The notes beneath the pieces are model-generated. The model was not told the DNA's origin. It was given only the letters and a program-made list of their open reading frames with translations, and did no database searches. A stretch of DNA of 64,000 nt. Origin: Eledone cirrhosa. Lineage: Eukaryota. Where the stretch lies: the NCBI GenBank assembly GCA_964016885.1, contig OZ024740.1:313596001-313660000 (forward strand), in the 5' to 3' direction. Position numbers and translations under genes: made by a program. This document shows, in pieces, positions 1 to 15,938 of the stretch (position 1 is the first letter of the stretch; each line of letters opens with the position of its first letter).

Positions 1-50
<50 letters not shown>

Positions 51-134
51 TATATACATATATATACATATATATATATATATACATATATATACATATA
101 TATATATATATACATATATATATACACATATATA

Positions 135-526
135 TAGAAAGATTTGAATGGATACAGTTTAGTTGAAAGGAATTTATTGACACGTGTTTCTATAACAGTT
201 ACATAACCTGAAAACAGCTGCTATCTACAAAGTTTTAGTTATGCAGACATTCAATATTTCAAAATTCTCACTGCTATCAACAAACCACTCCCTCAACTAT
301 TCTTCTAACAACTTCACCCCTCCCTCCTAATATTCTCTATAAAAACCAAGTAGGTCCTCAATAATATTATTCTGATGAAATGACAGTAAATAATAACATT
401 GAAATATTGAATGTCTGCATAACTAAAACTTTGTAGATAGCAGCTGTTTTCAGGTTATGTAACTGTTATAGAAACACGTGTCAATAAATTCCTTTCAACT
501 AAACTGTATCCATTCAAATCTTTCTA
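135..526. repeat. Fold-back element: ~128 bp inverted arms (135-262 / 399-526) directly after (TA)n; short tail then (TA)n to the right
   Basis: tagaaagatttgaatgg...caatatttcaa is the reverse complement of ttgaaatattg...ccattcaaatctttcta. Confidence 0.9.
367..487 (+). ncRNA. Type I hammerhead ribozyme with ~90 nt stem II region
   Basis: ttatt-CTGATGA-(atgacagt...actgttat)-GAAAC-ACGT-GTC^-aataa; palindromic stem III acacgtgt. Confidence 0.75.
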
Positions 527-967
527 TTTTTCTCCGGATTACTTTTGGAACTACAACTGGAACCGTCGAGCAAACTCTACGTGAGCTGTCAATCTACTGT
601 GTGTAATATTTATATTACAATACAACGGAAAATACTGTATACACATATATATATATACTATATACATATATATATACATATATATATACATATATACATA
701 TATATATACATATATATATACATATATATATATACATATATATATATACATATATATATATACATTATGTAGATAAATCTACCAAGAGTTTACGGTAGTG
801 TCCAATCCGTATGAAGAACTCAATGTAATCCGGATATCATGGAAAGAAGAGATGCAATGAAAAATCACTTTCGGTGAAAGATAAACGGAATACAGAGTCA
901 AGATAAAATATTAAAAAAATAATGAATAAAACAATGAAACAGTTCCTTATATTAAACAAAAAAAGTT

Positions 968-1117
968 CATTATTTAACGATCGTTTCTGGGATATATATG
1001 TGTTAGAATTGGCATGTATATTTAACAGATCTATGTACAAAATTATACAAAATTATACAAACTATCAAAATTAAATATACATACCAACTCATATATATGC
1101 CGTCTTCAGAAATAATG
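968..1117 (-). ncRNA. Type I hammerhead ribozyme with ~115 nt extended stem II hairpin
   Basis: Minus strand: cattattt-CTGAAGA-(long hairpin incl. atatatatg/catatatat and ttggtatgtatatttaa/ttaaatatacatgccaa)-GAAAC-GATC-GTT^-aaataatg; perfect 8 bp stem I. Confidence 0.8.
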
Positions 1118-2544
1118 AAATATATTTATTGATAATAACAACAATTCAAAATTACAGGTCTGTTTGGGAACAGAGTTCAAATTGACCAATGGAAACACAA
1201 AAAGTTTATACAGTTAGGTGTGTGTATATATGTAAGTAACTTCGTTCACAGATATGCATAAAAATATATGTTCACATGCATACGCATGCCGAAAAGATGT
1301 ATGTAAATACAAAAATTCAGGGCTAATGTCTTACGCATATAAACATATAAATATAAAATAAATATATACACATTCATATACTCACACATATACATACATT
1401 CACACACACACGCGCATATACGCATAAACATACACACAACCACGAACATACATACACACACACACTCCCACACACATATATGTGTATATACTATTATCAT
1501 AAGCATATGGACATTAATGCGCGCACATAAACACTGCCACACACATTTAGATCCAGATACAGAGAGTAGGTGGGGGGGGGGGGGGGAAGAGGTCAGTATT
1601 TACTGGTGTCAGCAAACTGCCTATTTATAAATGTATCTATAAATTTAGAAATAAAAAGAAAAAGAAAAAAGAAAATATTAAGAAAATATATACATGATAT
1701 GAAGCTTAAAAAACACTTGTGAATAGTGAAGTTTTAAACCAACATATGAACAATAATTTAAGATTGATGTATGAGATTGGGAAAAAAAGTAAGGAAGAGG
1801 AGGAGATGAGAGTAAATAATGGTGGGGGTGGAGTATAAAAAGGAAGCATGAGAGAGGAGGAGAGATGGGTGATAGAGAGAGAGATAGCCTTTACAACTCT
1901 TAAAAAAAATATATTGTCTCACAGAGAGAAGTTAAAAAGCCGTTGGAAGATAATAGATAATTTAAAAGAATTTGAAATTAAAAGTTAATGAGGTTTATGC
2001 ATGAAGAGAAAAAGGAATTAAGAATAATATTAAATTAAGGTTTCTATATTGAAGGGTTTAATAATATGTGCGAGGAAAAGAAATTATTAATATGTATTAT
2101 TAAAATTAAAATATTAATGTATTAAGGATATAACGTGAAAAGAAGGAGCAGAATAAATGAGTTATGAATTTAGAGGAATTAGTTAGGGTTTAAATTTGTT
2201 TTTATGTAATGTAATATGTGTGCGTAATATGTGTACGTAAATAGTTTATTTAAAAATGAGCGCAGAAGGCAAAGAAGAAAATAATGTTTATGGAAGAAAA
2301 TATCTAACATTAAAAAATATATATGTTTACGAAATAATTTCTAATGGTAATAATATAATATATTAAAAGAAATTAGTTAGGGTTTAAGTTTGTTTTTTAT
2401 GTATTGTAATATGTAAAAGTCAAACGAGCATGAAAGAAATTTAAGGAAGAAAAATCTAACGTAAAAAAAAAATGTTTATGTTTACGAAGGACTGTTAAAG
2501 GTAATACTATAATGTATAAAAAAATGATAATTTTTATGGCCAAT

Positions 2545-3109
2545 GATAACAGAAAAAATGAATAGAATAAAAACAACACCCAATCAAACAACACTGACCT
2601 AAGAGAAGTATAAATAAATAAATAAATAGATAAATAAATAAATACATACACAATCACAATAACAACAAACACATATAAACACACACTAGTAAAGATAGAA
2701 TACATTAACCAATACACAGTCACCCAAATACTAACACACATCAAACAAGACACTATACACACACGCAAACGCATGCGCAAAGAAGACAAAAAAATAAACA
2801 AATAAATAAATATATAAACAGACTAAATAAAGATGGCGTTAGACATACAATGCAGCGGGAGGAAACAATAGCACCACTGACGATGTTACAGATGTGCAAC
2901 GAAAGAACTTTCATAGACTATATATATGTGTTTGTGTCTATATTGTATATGCATTATTGACCGTTGGTCAGTCAATGGCAACATTGAGGACCGAATAAAA
3001 TAAAATTAACCAATATAAAAGACACAGAAGCGAAAAAGCGAAACAGTGAGTGTGTTTCTGTTATTAATTCTGGCAATATTACACAAATATGACCCTCCCC
3101 AAGTATAAC

Positions 3110-3110
<1 letters not shown>
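2545..3110 (+). mobile_element. Penelope-like pLTR/3' region, non-coding copy related to 13008-13460 and 60378-60950
   Basis: Reverse-complement near-match to 60378-60950. Shares the terminus (tgaccctccc-aagtataac) with the GIY-YIG element and ends at (TA)n. Confidence 0.7.
2873..2914 (+). ncRNA. Minimal type I hammerhead motif (weak stem I)
   Basis: acca-CTGACGA-tgttacagatgtgcaac-GAAA-GAAC-TT^-tcat; stem I is mismatched. Confidence 0.55.
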
Positions 3111-4503
<1,393 letters not shown>

Positions 4504-4585
4504 AAAATCAAGTGAGTGTAAACACAGAAAATATCTTAAAAAATAATAAATAAATTCCCCAAAATTCACTGTATTTACTATATAT

Positions 4586-4666
4586 GCCCTTACCGCGGTT
4601 TCAGATTCCAAACAAATAGATAATCCAACCGGAAATCTATTGAGAAAGAGATCATCGTCAGAAGGC
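4586..4666 (-). ncRNA. Type I hammerhead ribozyme, extended stem II
   Basis: Minus: gcctt-CTGACGA-(tgat...aatagat...atctatt...atct)-GAAAC-CGCG-GTA^-agggc. Host element 4500-5060 has ~24 bp direct repeats (tataaaatcaagNgagtgtaaaca) at 4501 and 5036. Confidence 0.75.
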
Positions 4667-5059
4667 TCTTTTCTCTCGGAGAATATAAAATTCACGAGTT
4701 AAAATTACAAACTGAAGCCACTCCAAACTGCCTCAGAATGAGAGCAAATGAATAATGAAACAGTTTTGTCATGGAACTGTGTTCAAAGGCAAAAAGCACG
4801 GTGGACAGGTCAATCCTCTGCTTCTAAAAATAGCTGCCATTCAAACTACCAAATGTTTCTCTACCATCGGGGAGAATAATAATAAAAGTATGTGTTTCTA
4901 CATGTAATTAATACACACAGTGACACAAGTATAGTCCGACCATATTCCAGTGTGGTTCAATGGCAAGTAATAAATCAACAAGTTAATAAATCAAGTTAAT
5001 AAATCAACAAGTTAATAAATCAACAAGCCAGAACGTATAAAATCAAGGGAGTGTAAACA

Positions 5060-5206
5060 GACTAAATTTAGTCCAGAATTAGCCGTCGAAACGGTTTGAG
5101 CTCAGCCGTCGGGGTCCTACTCGTTCCTATTACCCACTGTACTACCCTAAGTATTGAGTACTTTGGTGCGTTATGGTCTACCTGGTTCCTTACCACATTT
5201 CCTTCG

Positions 5207-5208
<2 letters not shown>
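5060..5208 (+). mobile_element. Half-hammerhead mini-element, family F (copy 1 of 7)
   Basis: gaattagccgtcGAAACgg-ttgagctcagccGTCggggtcctactcgttcctattacccac...ttccttcgt then (TA)n; near-identical to other copies. Confidence 0.8.
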
Positions 5209-5261
<53 letters not shown>

Positions 5262-5262
5262 C

Positions 5263-5297
<35 letters not shown>

Positions 5298-5391
5298 AGT
5301 ATGTATATGTACATACATATATGTATACAGACGTACAGTAGTATGTATATACATATATATATATGCTATTTTGTTTAACACTGAGAAAGGA

Positions 5392-5434
5392 ACGATGAAC
5401 TAGTTTCTAACTTATTAGCTGTCATCAGCACCGT
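5392..5434 (-). ncRNA. Minimal type I hammerhead ribozyme
   Basis: Minus: acggtg-CTGATGA-cagctaataagtta-GAAAC-TA-GTT^-catcgt; paralog at 14824-14866. Confidence 0.75.
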
Positions 5435-5570
5435 ATACCTTCCTGTCAGTCGATTGAACATTTGAAAGTATATACTTTCCTTATGCATAGTAACGGGTAA
5501 GCAGCCTAATTTGTATATCGAGTAAGTTAGTCGGCGGGTGTACGGAAAACGATGAATGAAAAAAAAAAAA

Positions 5571-5718
5571 AATGAAATTTCATTTTTCACTCTTAGTAGG
5601 ACTGATACTTAAATATAAGTTTGTATGCGTACACACATTTGTTTACAAACAAACCCAACATTATAATACATACTTATATTTAAGAATCAGCCGTACTAAG
5701 AGTGAGAAATGAAATTCA

Positions 5719-5720
<2 letters not shown>
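5571..5720. repeat. ~150 bp palindromic element (second copy 6303-6453)
   Basis: ~55 bp arms aatgaaatttcatttttcactcttagta...ttgtat / atacatac...tactaagagtgagaaatgaaattcatt. Confidence 0.8.
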
Positions 5721-5796
<76 letters not shown>

Positions 5797-5856
5797 TTAT
5801 ATATATACATATGTATATATTTATACTTATATATATACATGCATATATAATTATAC

Positions 5857-5907
<51 letters not shown>

Positions 5908-6171
5908 TATACATATATAACATATATATATACATATATACATATATATATACATATATACATATATATACATATATATACATATATATATACATATTAT
6001 ACATATATATATACATATATATATACATATATATACATATATATATATACAAATATATATATTACATATATATATATACACATATATATATATATACATA
6101 TATATACATATATATACACATATATATATATATATATACACATATATATATATATACACACATATATATAT

Positions 6172-6240
<69 letters not shown>

Positions 6241-6302
6241 TATACATATATATACACATATATATACATATATATATATACATATATATACATGAAAAAA
6301 AA

Positions 6303-6453
6303 AATGAAATTTCATTTTTCACTCTTAGTACGGCTGATACTTAAATATAAGTATGTATGCATTCATACATTTGTTTACAAACAAACCGAACATTATAGTA
6401 CATACTTATATTTAAGAATCAGCCGTACTAAGAGTGAGAAATGAATTTTCATT
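6303..6453. repeat. ~150 bp palindromic element, copy 2
   Basis: Near-identical to 5571-5720 and flanked by (TA)n. Confidence 0.8.
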
Positions 6454-6462
6454 TTTTCTATA

Positions 6463-6560
<98 letters not shown>

Positions 6561-6781
6561 CATATATATTTATACGTATATATATACATGCATATATATT
6601 TATACTTTATATATAGTATATATATATGTATATATATATAGATATTAGAAGTGTGAGGTTTTTTTTACAAATTGAAAAATAACCGAGCTGTCCTACACGA
6701 GTGAAAGTATAAAGAAAAAGAGATAAAACCGAAAATGCAACGGGAGTCTTATTTAAAAAATATATATATATTTATGTGGTT

Positions 6782-6819
6782 CCTTTACCGGTTTCGCAGT
6801 TCTTCTGCTTTTCAAAAGG
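6782..6819 (-). ncRNA. Minimal hammerhead, U3-A8 core variant (in element 6643-6858)
   Basis: Minus: cctt-TTGAAAA-gcag aagaa ctgc-GAAAC-CG-GTA^-aagg. Confidence 0.7.
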
Positions 6820-6859
6820 TGAGTTGAGATGGAGGGTCTGTGGTTTTTCTCACATCTGT

Positions 6860-9366
<2,507 letters not shown>

Positions 9367-9491
9367 TATATACATATATATACATATATATATATACATA
9401 TATATACATATATATATATACATATATATACATATATATACATATATATATATACGTATATATATACATATATATATATACATATATATAC

Positions 9492-9530
<39 letters not shown>

Positions 9531-9631
9531 CATATATATATTTATATATATATACATATATATATACATACATATATATATATACATATAAATATACATA
9601 CATATATATATTCACACGTATATATATACAT

Positions 9632-10228
9632 ATATAAAAAGTTGCGGAGCAAGCGGTTATCAAACAATTCTCTAAATAAATTAAAAACGTTTTAAATAAT
9701 CACCTGTTCTGTTGCTGTTACCGACGGTTTCATCATTCCAAAAGATTGGAAATCCAGAGAATTTCTAATGGAAAGAACTGAATCTTCAGACAGCCTATTT
9801 CCAAACCATAATTTTGCAAGCCTTATAGTAAGTAAATATTTCGCTTCCTGCCCGCCGAATGAGGTCGCTGATAATAGCTGTTTATTATAAACATGTTGAT
9901 ATTGCCACTAAAACTAGCAGCATTATTCAACGTTTTGTTCTCTACATAAGGAGAAAAATTATAAAAGTGGATGAATACTTCAACAGCTACTATGTACTTG
10001 TAGGTATTATTACCGGTATTATTACCGTCTGTAACAGCAACAGAACAGGTGATTATTTAAATCGTTTTTTAATTTATTTAGAGAATTGTTTGATAAGCGC
10101 TTGCTCAGCAACTTTTTATATATTGTTCTGGTGTCTCGAATTAGTACCATTGAACCACAAATATTATAAACAACTTGCATATTTCTACAAGTACATAGTA
10201 CCTGTTGAAGTATTCATCCACTTTTATA
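9632..10228. mobile_element. Fold-back HHR element with two interleaved inverted-repeat pairs
   Basis: Arms 9632-9727 / 10024-10121 and 9960-10003 / 10185-10228; (TA)n on both sides. Confidence 0.8.
9714..9794 (-). ncRNA. Type I hammerhead ribozyme, extended stem II
   Basis: Minus: gctgt-CTGAAGA-(ttcag...ttcca...tggaatgat)-GAAAC-CGTCG-GTA^-acagc. Confidence 0.75.
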
Positions 10229-10263
10229 TACATATATATATATATGCATATATATATATATAC

Positions 10264-10306
<43 letters not shown>

Positions 10307-10313
10307 TATATAC

Positions 10314-10538
<225 letters not shown>

Positions 10539-10686
10539 GTATATTAGAAAGTGAGGTTTTTTTTTTTTACAAAATGAAAAATAACCGAGGTGTCCTACAC
10601 GAGTGAAAGTATAAAGAAAAAGAGATGAAATCGAAAATGCAACTGGAGTCTTATTTAAAAAAAAATATATATATATTTATTTGGTT

Positions 10687-10724
10687 CCTTTACCGGTTTC
10701 GCAGTTCTTCTGCTTTTCAAAAGG
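10687..10724 (-). ncRNA. Minimal hammerhead, U3-A8 core variant
   Basis: Identical motif to 6782-6819. Confidence 0.7.
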
Positions 10725-11120
10725 TGAGTTGAGATGGAGGGTCTGTGGTTTTTCTCACATCTGGTTGGTCTCTGAATGTTACTTGTTTTATATGGAAAAA
10801 GTGGCTCGAAAATGCCAAGTTTTTCGAGAAGTAATTTGATTGGTTGGTCAATAATTATAATAAATTTCGCGCCAGTTCGCGTTACAATAGTTCTTCAAAT
10901 AAGAGGGGGGGGGGGGGGTTGTCACAGGTTGTTTTTTCATATATGAGTGTTTGAATTTCTTTTTACTTGAAAAAAGGAGGCTCACGAATGCTTTTTTTTG
11001 ATTGGTTATAAATGAAATTATGGCTGTCACGTGAACAAATTTTCATTAAATTTTTGTGCCCTTATTTGGAAAACCATTCTGTAGGCTTTTTAGAGAATTT
11101 TTTGATAAGTGAAAGATAAT

Positions 11121-11303
11121 TGTTTCTACTTTTAGCACAAGGCCAGCAATTACCCAGTGCATTACTGGTACTTTATTTTATCGACCCCGTAAGGATGAAA
11201 GGAAAAGTCAACCTCGGCGGGATTTGAACTCAGATCGTAAAGGGACGTAACTATGCTGGAAAGCATGGCGTCCGACTCTCTACCGATACTGCCAATCCAC
11301 CGC
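11121..11303 (-). mobile_element. tRNA-derived SINE (short family, Deu/Nin-like core)
   Basis: A box tggcagtatcgg, B box gagttcaaatccc, core ctttcatccttacggggtcgataaaataaagtacc. 14 bp TSD aagtgaaagataat at 11107 and 11304. Confidence 0.9.
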
Positions 11304-11449
11304 AAGTGAAAGATAATGGTCAAGAGAAAGGGATGGGAGAATTGTTCTGGTTCAGTGAATATGGTTAGTTCGCTGGGGTGTCAAAATTCAGATTTTCTAT
11401 TGAATAAAGAAAGTAAAGATATGTGTGTTTATTTTTGTGCTTGTGTGTG

Positions 11450-11489
<40 letters not shown>

Positions 11490-12242
11490 AATTTCTTTAC
11501 TTTGAAAAAAGGTGACTCACGAAGGCTTTTTTTTAAATAAACGTGATTTGATTGGTTATAAATGAAATTTGGCTGTCACGTGAACAAGTTTTCATTACAT
11601 TTTTGCGCACTTATTTGGAAAACTATTCTGTAGTCTTTATAGCGAATGTTATGACAATGGAAAGATAGTGGTCAAGAGAAATGGGATTGGGAGAATTGTT
11701 CTGGTTCAGTGAATATGGTTAGTTCGCTGGGGTGTCAGAGTTCAGATTTTCTATTGAAGTGAAGATATGTATGTTTATTTGTGTGCTTGTGTGTGTGTAT
11801 GTGTGTGTGTGTGTGTGTGTATATGTGTATTGGAAGGATGATTCTATTAGTAGAAATGGGGGAGGGAGTTGTGTGTGTATATGGGTGTTATGTGTGTGTG
11901 TGCGAGTATGTTAAGATAGAGAGAATATATATTTTGTGTGTGTGTATATATATGTGTGTAGGAAAGTGGTTCTATTAGTAGAAATGGGGAGGGAGTTGTG
12001 GGAGTGGGGGTTGTTATGTGTGTGTATGGGTGTTATGTGTGTGGGAGTATGGTTAGCATGTTAAGATGAAGAGAATATATATATATATATATATATATAT
12101 TGTGTGTGTGTGTATGTGTGTGTGTAGGAAAGTGATTCCTTTAGTAGGAATATTTTTGAATGAACATATTTTCCTTACTCATTCGTGTTTGCTGTTGTAT
12201 TGTCAGTGCAAACGTATTTTTCTATATACGTATAAATATACA

Positions 12243-12274
<32 letters not shown>

Positions 12275-12341
12275 CACACACATATATATATACACACACA
12301 TATATATATATACATATATATATACATATATATATACATAT

Positions 12342-12770
<429 letters not shown>

Positions 12771-12812
12771 CATATAGTTGAAAATTGCAAACTTTACTGT
12801 CACCACAGAATA

Positions 12813-12851
12813 TGAACCTGAAGATTGCGAAAGCAGGAAAGTACTTGTTCA
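12813..12851 (+). ncRNA. Minimal 39 nt type I hammerhead ribozyme
   Basis: tgaac-CTGAAGA-ttgc GAAA gcag-GAAA-GTAC-TT^-gttca; all stems pair. Confidence 0.85.
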
Positions 12852-12958
12852 ATTAACACTTAACATTTTATAATCTACCATACTATTTCATTCTAATACC
12901 ATTATAATTTTAAAGGATTGTAAATAAAACGAGTAAAAAGTTGGAAATCCTTTTATTA

Positions 12959-13010
<52 letters not shown>

Positions 13011-13214
13011 CGTTTCTGAATTTGTTTAGCAAGATTCTTTATCTGAAATCGTGTGTTGAAACCGATATTGTTATACTTTGGGAGGGTCATGTTGCCAATA
13101 AGAAACACACGCACCAGTTGCTTTCACTTCAATTTATTATATATTTATAAATTTACAAATTTATAAATTTCTGGTTGGTTGGTTGGTTCCACAACCAGAT
13201 AGTTGTTTATATAT

Positions 13215-13259
13215 AGTCATAGTTCTTTCGTCACACACTCTGTGACCTCTTCAGTGACT
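13215..13259 (-). ncRNA. Minimal type I hammerhead in the pLTR of the Penelope-like element
   Basis: Minus: agtca-CTGAAGA-ggtcac..gtgac-GAAA-GAAC-TA^-tgact. Confidence 0.8.
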
Positions 13260-13459
13260 GGGGATTCCTTTCTTTGTTTCTGTGCCTCTCCTTTGTTCTG
13301 TCCTACGCCATTTTGTTTCTGTGTGTGTGTTGTGTGCTCAGTCTGCGCATGCGCCACATCCGGGTGTCTGTGTGTGTTTATGTTCATTTATTTATTTGTT
13401 TATTTACATGTTACTGGTTGGTTGTTTGTTCTATGTGTGTGTGTGTTTTCATTTTGTCC

Positions 13460-14062
<603 letters not shown>

Positions 14063-14203
14063 CATATATATATACATATATATATATACATATATATATA
14101 CATATACATATATATATATAACCATATATATATACATATATATATATACATATATATATACATATATATATATACATATATATATATAAACATATATATA
14201 TAC

Positions 14204-14284
<81 letters not shown>

Positions 14285-14341
14285 CATATATATATACATA
14301 TATAAACACACACGCACATATAAACACACACACACGCCTAT

Positions 14342-14434
<93 letters not shown>

Positions 14435-14478
14435 AATTCCTTTCGTCGCAACACTGACTCTCTTTCTTCTCTGACATC

Positions 14479-14558
<80 letters not shown>

Positions 14559-14611
14559 GTAAGTATGTGTGTATACGTACATACATATATGTATACAGAC
14601 GTACAGTAGCA

Positions 14612-14671
<60 letters not shown>

Positions 14672-14823
14672 CAGGTACACATATATATATGCACGTATCA
14701 GTTTAGCGGACGCTTATTATAACGCCGCTTTGTTCGTTTGTAAACAAACTGAACAGCCTGAATTTTTATGCCGTACGGTGTTAAGGCAACCACGTCACCT
14801 TTTTGTTCAACACTGACACAGGA

Positions 14824-14866
14824 ACGATGTACTAGTTTCAAGCTTGTTAGCTATCATCAGCACCGT
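14824..14866 (-). ncRNA. Minimal type I hammerhead ribozyme
   Basis: Minus: acggtg-CTGATGA-tagctaacaagctt-GAAAC-TA-GTA^-catcgt. Confidence 0.8.
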
Positions 14867-15202
14867 ATACCCATCTGCCAGATAGTTGAACGTTCGAAAG
14901 TATATACTTTCCTTATGAAAATTATGTATATATATATACTGTGCTGGTTCCTTTTTATCGATCTTGAATGTATGAAAGGCAATGTTGACCTCAGCAACAA
15001 TTATTACTGTCGAACAAAATAGTTTGCAGTATTTATCTATTTTTTTAATGTTCTGATTTCAAATCTCACCGAGTTCAAATTTACCTTTCATCTTTCCTTT
15101 CATCTTTCCTTGATCGATAAATTAAAGTACCTCTCAAGTACTGGGTTCAATTTAATTTACAAAATCTTTCTCTGCAAATTTCCGGCTCTATGACTATATT
15201 TG

Positions 15203-15938
15203 AAGGTGGATTGGCAGTATCGGTAGAGGGTCGGGCGCCATGCTTTGAAGCATAGAGTTACCTCCCTTTATGATCTGAGTTCAAATTCAGCCGAAGTTAA
15301 CTTTGCCTTTCATCCTTACGGGGTCGATAAAATAAAGTACCAGTAATGCACTGGTATAATTGCTGGCCTTGTGCCAAAAGTAGAAACAATTATTTGCCGT
15401 GAATTGATAGAGTCGTTAGAACGTCTGATAGAATGCTTTCAGTATTCGTGTCTGCTCTCTGAGTTCAAATCACGCTGAGATCAAATTTGCCTTTCACCCT
15501 TACGGTGTCGATAAAATAAAGTACCAGTAATGTACTGTGGTCGATATAATCAACTGTCCCCTTCCACCAAAAAATTGCTGGCCTTGTGCCTATAAAATAA
15601 ATCATTATTTGCCGTGAATTGACAGAGTCGTTAGAACGTCTGATAGAATGCTTTGAGTATTTGAGTCGGCTCTCTGAGTTCAAATTACTCTGAAGTCAAC
15701 TTTTCATCCATTCGTGGTCGATAAAAAAGTACCAGTCTAGTACTGGGGTCGATTCTTCTTCTATATCTCTTTCTCAATTCCATTATCTCACTCTCTATCC
15801 TTGTCCAGAAGAAATCTGCTGTATTCAGGCCTAGTTAAAACGAAAAAAATATACTCCGCCAGGTTTAAAACGAAAACATGCCCTAGAAACATCGTATGTC
15901 AATACGGTGCTCCTACAACTTCCTCGGGAGTTACGGGA
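15203..15938 (+). mobile_element. Head-to-tail cluster of three SINEs (15203-15394, 15395-15609, 15610-15938 long-tail type)
   Basis: Repeated A/B boxes and Deu/Nin-like core; decayed SINE pieces also at 14940-15200. Confidence 0.85.

Larger units (their letters stand above)
10542..11420 (-). mobile_element. HHR-bearing repeat family (other copies 6643-6858, 31065-31503; partial internal duplication to ~11770), interrupted by a SINE
   Basis: Near-identical to 31065-31503 in reverse orientation; terminus abuts (TA)n. Confidence 0.75.

Noticed and set aside
11121-11303. tRNA gene call from A/B boxes
   Set aside because: No cloverleaf; multicopy with core, tail and TSD, so it is a SINE.
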